This document shows, one piece after another, positions 1-7,363 of a stretch of DNA of 64,000 nucleotides. The stretch comes from Clostridia bacterium. Its GTDB lineage: Bacteria; Bacillota; Clostridia; UBA1381; UMGS1253. Where the stretch lies: assembly GCA_045652745.1 (NCBI GenBank), contig JAZRUW010000004.1:24277-88276 (forward strand). Direction: 5' to 3'. The notes beneath the pieces were generated by a model. That model had not been told where the DNA came from and searched no databases. It worked only from the letters and a program-made list of their open reading frames with translations. The stretch's first letter is position 1. Every line of letters starts with the position of its first letter. Position numbers and translations under genes: made by a program.

Positions 1-631
1 AATAGTGCTGCGCCGCCGCGCGCGAAATGACCCCCTGCGCATCCGGCACCGGAAGTGTTTCATCATAATTTAAGTAGTACGACTCAATGGCATCTACCGC
101 CGCGTTGACGCGCACAGAGCCACTCTGTCCGTAAAACGGAATGCCGTTTTCCGTACGTTGCAATGTAAATGTATACCCCGTATCGTACAGACTTTCCGCA
201 TAACCCGTGCTTGAGAGCACAAGCGTTTCACTCAGTTGCGGATTGAGTTTGTCTGCAAGCGCCTTTGCTTTTACCATCGCTTCCGCCGCAGGCATTTTGT
301 GTACCGTAGGCTTGTGTTCCTTTCTCGTGGCCGCCCCGTCGTGCCTATAATAATCCGTAATCACGCCGCCGGCTGTGCAAGATACCGAAAGTGAACTGTA
401 TCCGTCCTCGGTTTGCACGCTCCACTCAAAGCGATACACCGTTTGTCCGTTCGTAACACTTCTTTGCGAAGAATCAAACTCCGTGTACTTTTCCGTGTCC
501 CCGATTCTTTCGCGCACCAAGGCCAGCACGCGCGCCTGCTCGTCTTTTTGCGCGCTGACAACGCTCACTTGCAGCGCCCCCAAAAGCATCACCAGTGCAA
601 GCAACATGCAACCTGTTTTTTTCATACGCAT
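1..631 (-). CDS. hypothetical secreted protein, N-terminal part only (gene runs off the left edge)
   Basis: Minus-strand frame is open from ATG 629-631 (GGGAG 8 nt upstream) to position 2. The N-terminus MRMKKTGCMLLALVMLLGALQVSVVSA looks like a signal peptide. It is absent from the ORF track because there is no in-window stop. Confidence 0.55.
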   Translation of the reverse strand, partial: MRMKKTGCMLLALVMLLGALQVSVVSAQKDEQARVLALVRERIGDTEKYTEFDSSQRSVTNGQTVYRFEWSVQTEDGYSSLSVSCTAGGVITDYYRHDGAATRKEHKPTVHKMPAAEAMVKAKALADKLNPQLSETLVLSSTGYAESLYDTGYTFTLQRTENGIPFYGQSGSVRVNAAVDAIESYYLNYDETLPVPDAQGVISRAAAQHY

Positions 632-747
632 AATCAAAACTCCCTTCCGAATATCTTTCTATGGATACAAACGCAGGAATTTTCCAAAAGTTCCCTTGTA
701 GCAAAACATCTTTATTAAAATAAATTCGATAAAATATTTAAATTCCC

Positions 748-776
748 TTGCAAGTTTTGTATAAGTTTGTTAAAAT
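748..776 (+). promoter_or_regulatory. sigma-A type promoter of the two-component operon
   Basis: TTGCAA (748-753), 17-nt spacer, TAAAAT (771-776), about 35 nt upstream of the GGGAGG RBS of the response regulator. Confidence 0.5.
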
Positions 777-811
777 AGAAGTGAAAATGTAACTGCGGGA
801 GGCGTAAAGAA

Positions 812-1525
812 ATGGATAAGCGCATTTTAATCGTAGATGACGAAATTCCGATTGCGGAAATTTTGAAAATCAATTTAGAAAAAGAAGGCTATACTACCTT
901 AGTTGCCCATGACGGACAGACCGCGCTCGATCTGGCACTTTCGGAAAACCCAGATGCCATTTTGCTTGATGTAATGCTGCCGAAGATGGACGGCTTTGAA
1001 GTGTGCCGCAAAATCCGCGAAAACAAGATGTCTACGCCGATTCTGATGCTGACCGCACGCGATGAAGAAGTAGACAAGGTGCTCGGCTTAGAGCTCGGTG
1101 CGGATGACTATATCACCAAGCCGTTTTCCGTGCGTGAATTGATGGCGCGCGTTAAGGCAAACCTGCGCCGCACGGTGGCAGAGCCCGCAGAAGATAAGAG
1201 CGCAAATGACGGCAGTACCATTAACGCAGGTCGTATCGTATTAAACTTAGACCGCTACGAAGTGCGCCGTGACGATGCTCCGGTGGATTTGACACTGCGC
1301 GAATTTGAATTGTTGAAGTTTCTTGCGCTTCAACCGGATAAGGTGTTTACGCGCGAAATGCTTTTGGAAAAAGTTTGGGGTTACGAATACTACGGCGACG
1401 TACGTACGGTTGACGTAACCATCCGCCGGTTGCGCGAAAAAATCGAGGATGACCCGAGTATGCCGTGTTTCGTTTTGACCAAGCGCGGTGTAGGTTACTG
1501 CTTTAATAAAGACAATATTAAATAA
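812..1525 (+). CDS. OmpR-family response regulator (WalR/YycF-like)
   Basis: Receiver domain (ILIVDDE...LLDVMLPKMDG...TARD...KPF) plus a winged-helix output (LTLREFELLKFL...VWGYEYYGDVRTVDVTIRRLREKIE). GGGAGG RBS. Confidence 0.93.
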   Translation: MDKRILIVDDEIPIAEILKINLEKEGYTTLVAHDGQTALDLALSENPDAILLDVMLPKMDGFEVCRKIRENKMSTPILMLTARDEEVDKVLGLELGADDYITKPFSVRELMARVKANLRRTVAEPAEDKSANDGSTINAGRIVLNLDRYEVRRDDAPVDLTLREFELLKFLALQPDKVFTREMLLEKVWGYEYYGDVRTVDVTIRRLREKIEDDPSMPCFVLTKRGVGYCFNKDNIK

Positions 1526-1576
1526 ATTAAGTATTTTACCGGGTGCGATACACCATCGCGCCCGATTTTCTTTTAG

Positions 1577-3424
1577 GTGGTGAGTCGGTTGTTTAAAAGT
1601 CTGCGATGGAAAATTATAGCCATGTTTGTGTTGTTGGTGCTCTCCGTTATGATTATTACGGGTACGGTATCCGTATCTTCCCTCGGCACATTCTATGCAC
1701 AACGTTTTGCCGACAATATGGATGCGGTATTTGCAGATGCGATGGTGGCGAAAGATTTGTCTGATGCCGCTGCAGCAGAAAATGCACCTGAGCGTATTTC
1801 TGATATCATCGAAGCCTATGCCGATGCAGGCCGCCTCGGTATCAACCAAAACAGAAACTACTTTATCTTCGATGCCGCAACCGGTATATGCTTAGACGGC
1901 TCGGCCGACTACACAGTTGACACCGTGTTAAAAACGGAAAATCTTCTGTCTGCCATGAACGGCAAAGTCGGCAACAAAGTCGGTAGCCACAGTTCCATCA
2001 TGGACTATGCCTATCCCATACACTTTGAAAACACCGTGCGCTACGTTGTATATATCACCGACAACAAAGACGAAGTCACCGATGTATCACAAAGTATCAT
2101 CGCCGTTGTATTTCAGGCATTGTTGTGGGGCGTGGTTATCTCGCTCGGCCTCGGCATTTTTATATCGAGAACCATTACACAGCCGATTGTGGATTTGACC
2201 CGCCGCGCAGAAAAACTCGCCTCCGGAGAAGAAAATGCCATAGTGATGAATTCGGGCACCAAAAAACCGGATGACGAAATCGGTATTTTGGCCGATACAT
2301 TTTCTTATATGTCGGGCGAGCTGATGAAAACCATCCGCGAAATGGACGGCGAAAAAACAAAACTCGCCGCCATTTTGGAAAACTTAACCGACGGCGTTAT
2401 CGCCTTTGATACCGACGGTAAAATTTTGCACATCAATCCGGTTGCCGCCAAAATGCTCTCCATTGCAGAGCCGTCATTGGTAGATTTCGATACACTGATG
2501 AACGATGTAGGCATCAACTTAAAACTCGGTGATATTTTATATGTAAAAAGAAAACAAACCCTTGAACATACCGTCACATTGCAAAGTCAGGTCATCAAAG
2601 CCTTTTTTGCCACCTTTACGCAAACCGTGGAAAAGACGACCAAAAAAGTCGGCGGTATCGTGGTCGCCTTGCAGGATATTACCAAACTCCAGCGCCTCGA
2701 TGATGCGCGCCGCGAATTCGTTGCGAATGTGTCACACGAATTGCGCACACCAATCACCACCATTAAAACCTACGCCGAAACGATGCTCGACAGCAAGGAA
2801 GAAGGCGATATGGATGCGCATTTCCTGTCCACCATCAATTCCGAGGCCGACCGCATGACCCGCATTATCAAAGACCTTTTGACGCTCTCCAAACTCGACC
2901 ACAGTAAAGATACCGGCAAAAAAACGCGCATAGATATGCGCGAAATGCTTGAAAATGTTGTGGAAAAAATGGCGATGAGTGCCCAAAAACAGGGGCACAA
3001 ACTCACCTTTGTGGCTACAACGGAGTTGCCGCCGGTCACCGGTGACCGCGACCAGCTGGAGCGCGTGCTCACCAACCTGATTTCCAACGCCATTAAATAC
3101 ACGCCGGACGGCGGCGTAATTGAGGTGTTTGCAGGTCATTTGTATAACGAATTATACGTCAAAGTCAAAGATAATGGTATCGGTATTCCGAAAAAGGATA
3201 TCGCCCGCATTTTCGAGCGTTTTTACCGCGTGGACAAAGCGCGCACCCGCGCCGCAGGCGGTACGGGGTTAGGCCTTGCTATTGCTAAGGAAATTGTGGA
3301 GGCGCACGGCGGTAAAATCCAGATTACCTCCGAATTAAACGAGGGCACGGAGGTTATGCTCACCTTGCCGGCCAAGCGCAGAGCCTCCAGAAAGAAAAAG
3401 GAAGCAGAGGAAGAACAGGCTTGA
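1577..3424 (+). CDS. sensor histidine kinase (WalK/VicK-like architecture: 2 TM, HAMP, PAS, HisKA, HATPase)
   Basis: H-box FVANVSHELRTP, N-box LISNAIKYTP, G-boxes DNGIGI and GGTGLGLAI. The start is uncertain: GTG 1577, or TTG 1589 which lies 8 nt after AGGTGG. Confidence 0.92.
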   Translation: MVSRLFKSLRWKIIAMFVLLVLSVMIITGTVSVSSLGTFYAQRFADNMDAVFADAMVAKDLSDAAAAENAPERISDIIEAYADAGRLGINQNRNYFIFDAATGICLDGSADYTVDTVLKTENLLSAMNGKVGNKVGSHSSIMDYAYPIHFENTVRYVVYITDNKDEVTDVSQSIIAVVFQALLWGVVISLGLGIFISRTITQPIVDLTRRAEKLASGEENAIVMNSGTKKPDDEIGILADTFSYMSGELMKTIREMDGEKTKLAAILENLTDGVIAFDTDGKILHINPVAAKMLSIAEPSLVDFDTLMNDVGINLKLGDILYVKRKQTLEHTVTLQSQVIKAFFATFTQTVEKTTKKVGGIVVALQDITKLQRLDDARREFVANVSHELRTPITTIKTYAETMLDSKEEGDMDAHFLSTINSEADRMTRIIKDLLTLSKLDHSKDTGKKTRIDMREMLENVVEKMAMSAQKQGHKLTFVATTELPPVTGDRDQLERVLTNLISNAIKYTPDGGVIEVFAGHLYNELYVKVKDNGIGIPKKDIARIFERFYRVDKARTRAAGGTGLGLAIAKEIVEAHGGKIQITSELNEGTEVMLTLPAKRRASRKKKEAEEEQA

Positions 3425-4029
3425 TTAAAATAAAGGAAACCATCGTGGTGGAGGGCATCTATGATAAAATCCGTTTAGAAAGTGTCGTAGATGCAGTCAT
3501 TGTGGCCACCAACGGCTTTACGATTTTTAAAGATAAAGAAAAACTTGCCTTTTTGCGCAAGATGGCCGACACAACCGGCCTTGTGGTGCTCACCGATTCC
3601 GATGCGGCAGGCTTTGCCATCCGCAATTTTGTAAAACAGGGCATTGCCAAAGACAAAATCCGTCACGCCTATATCCCCGATATCTTCGGCAAGGAACGGC
3701 GCAAAACCGCACCCTCCAAAGAGGGCAAACTCGGTGTGGAGGGCATCGACGGCGCACTTTTGTGCGAAGCGTTGCGCAAAGCCGGCGCGACCATCCTCGG
3801 TGCAGACGAGCCAAAATATGAAATCACTGACCCGATTACGCGCATGGATTTGTATAACGACGGCTATATGGGCGGTGCAGACAGCGCCGAAAAACGCAGA
3901 AAATTGTTTGCAGCCCTCGGTCTGCCGCAAAGAATGTCTACCAACCTTTTGTGCGAGGTTATCAATCAGATTACGGACAGAGAAACCTATATCCAAATTG
4001 CACAAATGATAAAAGAGGGAAAACTTTGA
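3421..4029 (+). CDS. Toprim-domain protein (DUF4093 / RNase M5-like)
   Basis: N-terminus IKETIVVEGIYDKIRLE...LTDSDAAG resembles the RNase M5 Toprim fold. The TTG start overlaps the kinase stop (GCTTGA). Confidence 0.75.
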   Translation: MIKIKETIVVEGIYDKIRLESVVDAVIVATNGFTIFKDKEKLAFLRKMADTTGLVVLTDSDAAGFAIRNFVKQGIAKDKIRHAYIPDIFGKERRKTAPSKEGKLGVEGIDGALLCEALRKAGATILGADEPKYEITDPITRMDLYNDGYMGGADSAEKRRKLFAALGLPQRMSTNLLCEVINQITDRETYIQIAQMIKEGKL

Positions 4030-4056
4030 AAATAAAAGTTTTCCCTCTTCTTTTTC
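4015..4056. terminator. bidirectional intrinsic terminator
   Basis: 12-bp stem GAGGGAAAACTT / AAGTTTTCCCTC followed by TTCTTTTTC. It lies between convergent genes. Confidence 0.6.
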
Positions 4057-4057
4057 T

Positions 4058-4327
4058 TTAATCCTCTGCTTTTAAAAGTTTATATGCATCAATTTCCAGT
4101 GCATCCGCAATTCTAAACAATGTATCCAAAGATACTGCCTTATAAATATTCGGCGCCTCAATCTGCCCTACAAAGGAAATATCACAATTCATTTTTTCCG
4201 CCAACTGTTCTTGTGTTAACGATTTCAATTTCCGATAATAAGATACTTTTAAACCAATTTTAATATAACGTTCTCTGTATTCTGCTTTCATATGCATCAC
4301 CATATATATTTTATCGCATTGACGCAA
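4058..4327 (-). CDS. XRE-family helix-turn-helix transcriptional regulator
   Basis: LKSLTQEQLAEKMNCDISFVGQIE is a classic Cro/C1 HTH. The real start is probably an internal Met (MKAEYRERYIKIG, ATG ending at 4291). Local GC is low. Confidence 0.8.
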   Translation of the reverse strand: MRQCDKIYMVMHMKAEYRERYIKIGLKVSYYRKLKSLTQEQLAEKMNCDISFVGQIEAPNIYKAVSLDTLFRIADALEIDAYKLLKAED

Positions 4328-4402
4328 AATAAATTATATGATAAAATTACAATAATTATTACTTAATGAATAATAATAGTTATTTCTTAAGAGGTGATTT
4401 AT

Positions 4403-4639
4403 ATGAAAGATAACAACACCTTCTATATGCCCGGCAACGAAGGCTCTCTGTGTCCCTTTAACGGAAAAACGAAAGGAACGGAGTGCCGATGTGACAATTG
4501 TGACTTTGCTTTGTGTTGCCTTGCAGACAACGCCGCCTGTTTGACATGCACGTACCCCAATTGCGATTATGTGCAACATCTCTTTTCAGAGAAAAAGTCT
4601 ATATACATGTGTTCTCAAAAGAAAAAACCCACCAAATAA
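4403..4639 (+). CDS. cysteine-rich small protein (78 aa, 10 Cys), hypothetical
   Basis: AGAGGTGA RBS 6 nt before ATG 4403. Contains two CxxC pairs (CDNC, CLTC). Divergent from the XRE gene; its 3' end overlaps the azlD 3' end by 25 nt. Confidence 0.5.
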   Translation: MKDNNTFYMPGNEGSLCPFNGKTKGTECRCDNCDFALCCLADNAACLTCTYPNCDYVQHLFSEKKSIYMCSQKKKPTK

Positions 4640-4926
4640 GCCGCAAGGCACGAAAGCGCCGCCACCGACAAAAGTGACATACCGCGAAAAGCCAGCACCA
4701 TCGCGATGGCAAAGCCGCTGACCGCGGTGTAAATATTGCCCGTTGCATAAAAGATATACGGCACCGTCATCGCACCGAGCACTGCATACGGCACATAGTA
4801 CAAAAAGTCCTGCACGAAGCGGCTTTGGATGCGAAAACGAAACAGTGCAAACGGAATCATGCGAATGAGGTAAGTCGTAGCCGCCATCACAACAAGTAAA
4901 ACCCAGTAATTATTCACCTTGCGCAC
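4615..4926 (-). CDS. azlD: branched-chain amino acid transport protein AzlD
   Basis: 103-aa hydrophobic protein immediately downstream of and overlapping the AzlC-like gene. This pairing is typical of AzlD. Confidence 0.85.
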   Translation of the reverse strand: MRKVNNYWVLLVVMAATTYLIRMIPFALFRFRIQSRFVQDFLYYVPYAVLGAMTVPYIFYATGNIYTAVSGFAIAMVLAFRGMSLLSVAALSCLAAYLVGFFF

Positions 4927-5614
4927 CCTCCTTTCGCGGCATCAGCGCCGCCATCAGTGCAGAGGAAATCACCGCGCAAAGGATGATGGCAAAGCCCTGT
5001 GAAATGTGCGCTTTCAAAAACGGCACATAATACAAAATGCAACTGAGTGCCACCGATACAAGCACTGTCCAGAGCACGCCGCGGTTTTCTTTTGCCGGCG
5101 GTACAACGATGGCCACAAACATCGCATAAATCGCAAGCCCGAGCGCAGCACAAAGTGCCTGCGGCAAAATCTGCCCCGCATACGCGCCGAGCGCCGTGCC
5201 GAGCGTCCAACCTAAGACGGGCAGTACAATCAAACCGTACATATAAGATGGCGTAAGTTTTTCCTTTTCATCTGCCGCCATGACAAACACTTCATCTGTA
5301 ATACCGAACGCGCACAAAAGTCTGTGCATAAATGTAAATTTGTTACCGAGCTTTTGCGTGAGCGCAATCCCCATGAGCGAATAACGTATATTGATGACCA
5401 GCTGCGTCAGCATCATTTCTATCACCGCACCGCCTGCCGCCATCACGGCCACACCGGCCTGCTGTCCCGCCGAGGTCACATTCATCAGCGACACAAGCAC
5501 CGCCTGCCAAGGCGCAAGCCCCATCGCAACCGCAGAGATGCCAAAACCGAACGAAACGGATAAATAGCCGAGCGCAATCGGCAAACCGCGCTTTAACCCG
5601 TATGTAAAATTCAT
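4910..5614 (-). CDS. azlC: AzlC-family branched-chain amino acid permease component
   Basis: 234-aa polytopic membrane protein with AzlC-like sequence (GYLSVSFGFG...LVSLMNVTSAGQ), paired with azlD. Confidence 0.9.
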   Translation of the reverse strand: MNFTYGLKRGLPIALGYLSVSFGFGISAVAMGLAPWQAVLVSLMNVTSAGQQAGVAVMAAGGAVIEMMLTQLVINIRYSLMGIALTQKLGNKFTFMHRLLCAFGITDEVFVMAADEKEKLTPSYMYGLIVLPVLGWTLGTALGAYAGQILPQALCAALGLAIYAMFVAIVVPPAKENRGVLWTVLVSVALSCILYYVPFLKAHISQGFAIILCAVISSALMAALMPRKEGAQGE

Positions 5615-5735
5615 CGTAATATCTCCATTTCTTCAAACTGCGCCTCGCTTACGACGCCTTTCTTCGTCCAAAGTATAGCATAGATACGCGCAAAATTCAA
5701 CAAATACGAGGAATAAAAAAATTTTCAAAAAGTGC

Positions 5736-5764
5736 TTGACATCAAAAAACATATATGCTATAAT
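5736..5764 (+). promoter_or_regulatory. consensus sigma-A promoter of the tRNA pair
   Basis: TTGACA (5736-5741), 17 nt, TATAAT (5759-5764), 55 nt upstream of tRNA-Thr. Confidence 0.7.
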
Positions 5765-5818
5765 CTAAAAGTCGCATTTGAGGACAGGCCCGTAAAATGC
5801 AAACGCAATTGAAAATAT

Positions 5819-5894
5819 GCTGGTGTAGCTCAATTGGCAGAGCAGCTGATTTGTAATCAGCAGGTTGCGGGTTCGAGTCCCATCACCAGCTCCA
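5819..5894 (+). tRNA. tRNA-Thr (anticodon TGT)
   Basis: Manual cloverleaf: acceptor GCTGGTG/CACCAGC, D arm GCTC..GAGC, anticodon arm GCTGA-TTTGTAA-TCAGC, T loop TTCGAGT, encoded CCA. There is one C-A mismatch in the T stem. Confidence 0.88.
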
Positions 5895-5897
5895 TAC

Positions 5898-5982
5898 GGA
5901 AGAGTTCCCGAGTGGCCAAAGGGGGCAGACTGTAAATCTGTTGCTTTCAGCTTCGATGGTTCGAATCCATCCTCTTCCACCA
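5898..5982 (+). tRNA. tRNA-Tyr (anticodon GTA), long variable arm
   Basis: Acceptor GGAAGAG/CTCTTCC, anticodon loop CTGTAAA, long variable arm, T arm GATGG-TTCGAAT-CCATC, encoded CCA. Confidence 0.92.
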
Positions 5983-5983
5983 G

Positions 5984-6015
5984 AAAAAAGCATCGACTTT
6001 GTCGGTGCTTTTTTC
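5984..6015 (+). terminator. intrinsic terminator after the tRNAs
   Basis: GCATCGAC-tttg-GTCGGTGC stem followed by TTTTTT. Confidence 0.7.
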
Positions 6016-6017
6016 AA

Positions 6018-6179
6018 TGAAATTTGCCTACGGCAAGTGAAATAGCTCCGCTATGAAATACACTTCGCGTATGAAATATTGCTTCGCAATATGAAAGGCA
6101 AATTTTATTTCACATTTTGCGTTAGCAAATTATTTCATAATCCGCAGGATTATTTCATATCAACGAAGTTGATATTTCA
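6018..6179. repeat. array of seven distinct mini-hairpins separated by TGAAAT (x5, forward) and ATTTCA (x4, inverted) linkers
   Basis: Linkers start at 6018, 6038, 6054, 6072, 6092 (forward) and 6107, 6132, 6152, 6174 (inverted). Each spacer is a different 5-8 bp palindromic stem with a 3-4 nt loop. See findings. Confidence 0.6.
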
Positions 6180-6186
6180 TTAAATA

Positions 6187-6215
6187 TTTACATCATTTAT
6201 AGGATGTGTTATAAT
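6187..6215 (+). promoter_or_regulatory. sigma-A promoter (extended -10) of the four-helix-bundle gene
   Basis: TTTACA (6187-6192), 17 nt, TGtTATAAT (-10 at 6210-6215). Confidence 0.6.
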
Positions 6216-6234
6216 ATCTGTAGAGGTGTTACAA

Positions 6235-6582
6235 ATGAAAGAAAATAAACTTGTTGATTTATCTACAGAATTTGCTGTTAAAGTTATTAAATTATGCGAA
6301 ACTATAAAAGGACATTATTCACTCGTAAATCAGTTGGAAAGGAGTTCTACATCAATTGGTGCAAATATTCATGAAGCAAACTATGCTCATGGTAAAAATG
6401 ATTTTATTGCAAAGTTACAAATAGCTTTAAAAGAATGCTATGAAACAGAATATTGGCTTGAACTTTTCGTTAAGTCCGATATTTTGAATAGAGATGTTGC
6501 AAAAGAGTTATATAACCAATGTGGTACAATTCGTAAAATATTGATTTCTTCAATCAACACCGCAAAGAAAAACAATAATTAG
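6235..6582 (+). CDS. four-helix-bundle protein (23S rRNA intervening-sequence protein / Avd-like family)
   Basis: The sequence LERSSTSIGANIHEANYAHGKNDFIAKLQIALKECYETEYWLEL is the hallmark of this family. AGAGGTG RBS precedes ATG 6235. Low GC. Confidence 0.8.
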   Translation: MKENKLVDLSTEFAVKVIKLCETIKGHYSLVNQLERSSTSIGANIHEANYAHGKNDFIAKLQIALKECYETEYWLELFVKSDILNRDVAKELYNQCGTIRKILISSINTAKKNNN

Positions 6583-6609
6583 ATTGCATCTATTATGTAC
6601 ACGAAAGCC

Positions 6610-6641
6610 AAAAATCCTCGTACGGTAGTACGGGGATTTTT
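6610..6641 (+). terminator. intrinsic terminator
   Basis: ATCCTCGTAC-ggta-GTACGGGGAT stem followed by TTTTTG. Confidence 0.6.
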
Positions 6642-6684
6642 GTTGAAACTTGTCAAGTTTCTAGTTTTGCTACGCAAAATAAAG

Positions 6685-6729
6685 GAATAGCACCTGATTA
6701 TTTTGATAAATCAGGTGCTATTCTTTTTC
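6685..6729. terminator. bidirectional intrinsic terminator
   Basis: 15-bp stem GAATAGCACCTGATT / AATCAGGTGCTATTC flanked by A and T runs. Confidence 0.6.
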
Positions 6730-6929
6730 AAATTTAATTATATCGCTAACCTCACAGTCAAGCGCATAACAAAAGCATCAAGGGTTTTGGTGTTTATGGC
6801 TTCACCTTTTTTCATTCGATGTAATGTATTTGCTGAAAAGCCTTGTTTAAAAATAAGATTATATTCAGTTATTCCCTTTTTGAAAAGCGTTTCATAAAAC
6901 GGCGCATAACTAATCACTTTCATCACCAT
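6718..6929 (-). pseudogene. HTH_26-type (XRE-like) small regulator with a 1-nt frameshift in a homopolymer run
   Basis: The annotated frame ends ...KTLDAFVMRLTVRLAI* at 6738. Adding one T to the run at 6771-6774 gives ...LDAFCYALDCEVSDIIKFEKE* (stop at 6718), which matches the C-terminus of the paralog at 7452-7655 (LDRICSALDCTASEIIEYVKE). Confidence 0.6.
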
Positions 6930-6953
6930 TTTAATATTATCATACTTAATCTC

Positions 6954-6982
6954 TTGACTATACTTAAAATATTGAGTATAAT
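6954..6982 (+). promoter_or_regulatory. near-consensus sigma-A promoter driving the small + strand ORF
   Basis: TTGACT (6954-6959), 17 nt, TATAAT (6977-6982), followed by AAGGAG. Confidence 0.6.
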
Positions 6983-7004
6983 TGGCATAAAGGAGATGAT
7001 TAAG

Positions 7005-7172
7005 ATGTTGAAAAAAGAGTTGGATAAAAAAACACATTTACAAAAGCATCTGTTTGAAAAAGGTTTTTTAATCACTAATACAAAAATAGGAAACACTGAA
7101 AAGTTTCCGTTTTATAATAATTTCAAAAAAACAACTATAGATTCCTTTGATTTTTGGATCACTTGGATTTAA
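7005..7172 (+). CDS. small hypothetical protein (55 aa), possibly the N-terminal remnant of a larger gene
   Basis: Promoter and AAGGAG RBS lie 9 nt before ATG 7005. Sequence is MLKKELDKKTHLQKHLFEKGFLITNTKIGNTEKFPFYNNFKKTTIDSFDFWITWI. No family recognised. Confidence 0.45.
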   Translation: MLKKELDKKTHLQKHLFEKGFLITNTKIGNTEKFPFYNNFKKTTIDSFDFWITWI

Positions 7173-7363
7173 AGTGCCGCATGAACAAAGAACTCTATGA
7201 TATGAATATTAGAGTTCAAAATGCTAATCAATCATCTAAGAGAGCAAAAGCGCTTGGACTATATTATTCAATAAATTCTCATTTGCCATTTTGAAACCGA
7301 CAATTACAAAGCGTTTTCTTGAAATTGGCAACTTCTAAACGGTTCGTAACAGCCAAACAACAA

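Noticed and set aside
375-718. Four overlapping 66-108-aa ORFs at the left edge
   Set aside because: A third minus-strand frame encodes a signal-peptide protein with an RBS and stays open to the window edge. The listed ORFs are alternative-frame noise.
6018-6179. Possible CRISPR array
   Set aside because: The repeated unit is only 6 nt, the spacers are 10-19 nt and self-complementary, half of the units are inverted, and there are no cas genes. It is not CRISPR.
6235-6582. Diversity-generating retroelement
   Set aside because: An Avd-like protein is present, but there is no reverse transcriptase ORF and no template/variable repeat pair in the window.
7190-7290. 35-aa ORF (MNKELYDMNIRVQNANQSSKRAKALGLYYSINSHLPF) as a gene
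   Set aside because: It has no RBS or promoter, and the similarity to a methyltransferase motif is weak. I mention it only as possible gene debris inside the island.
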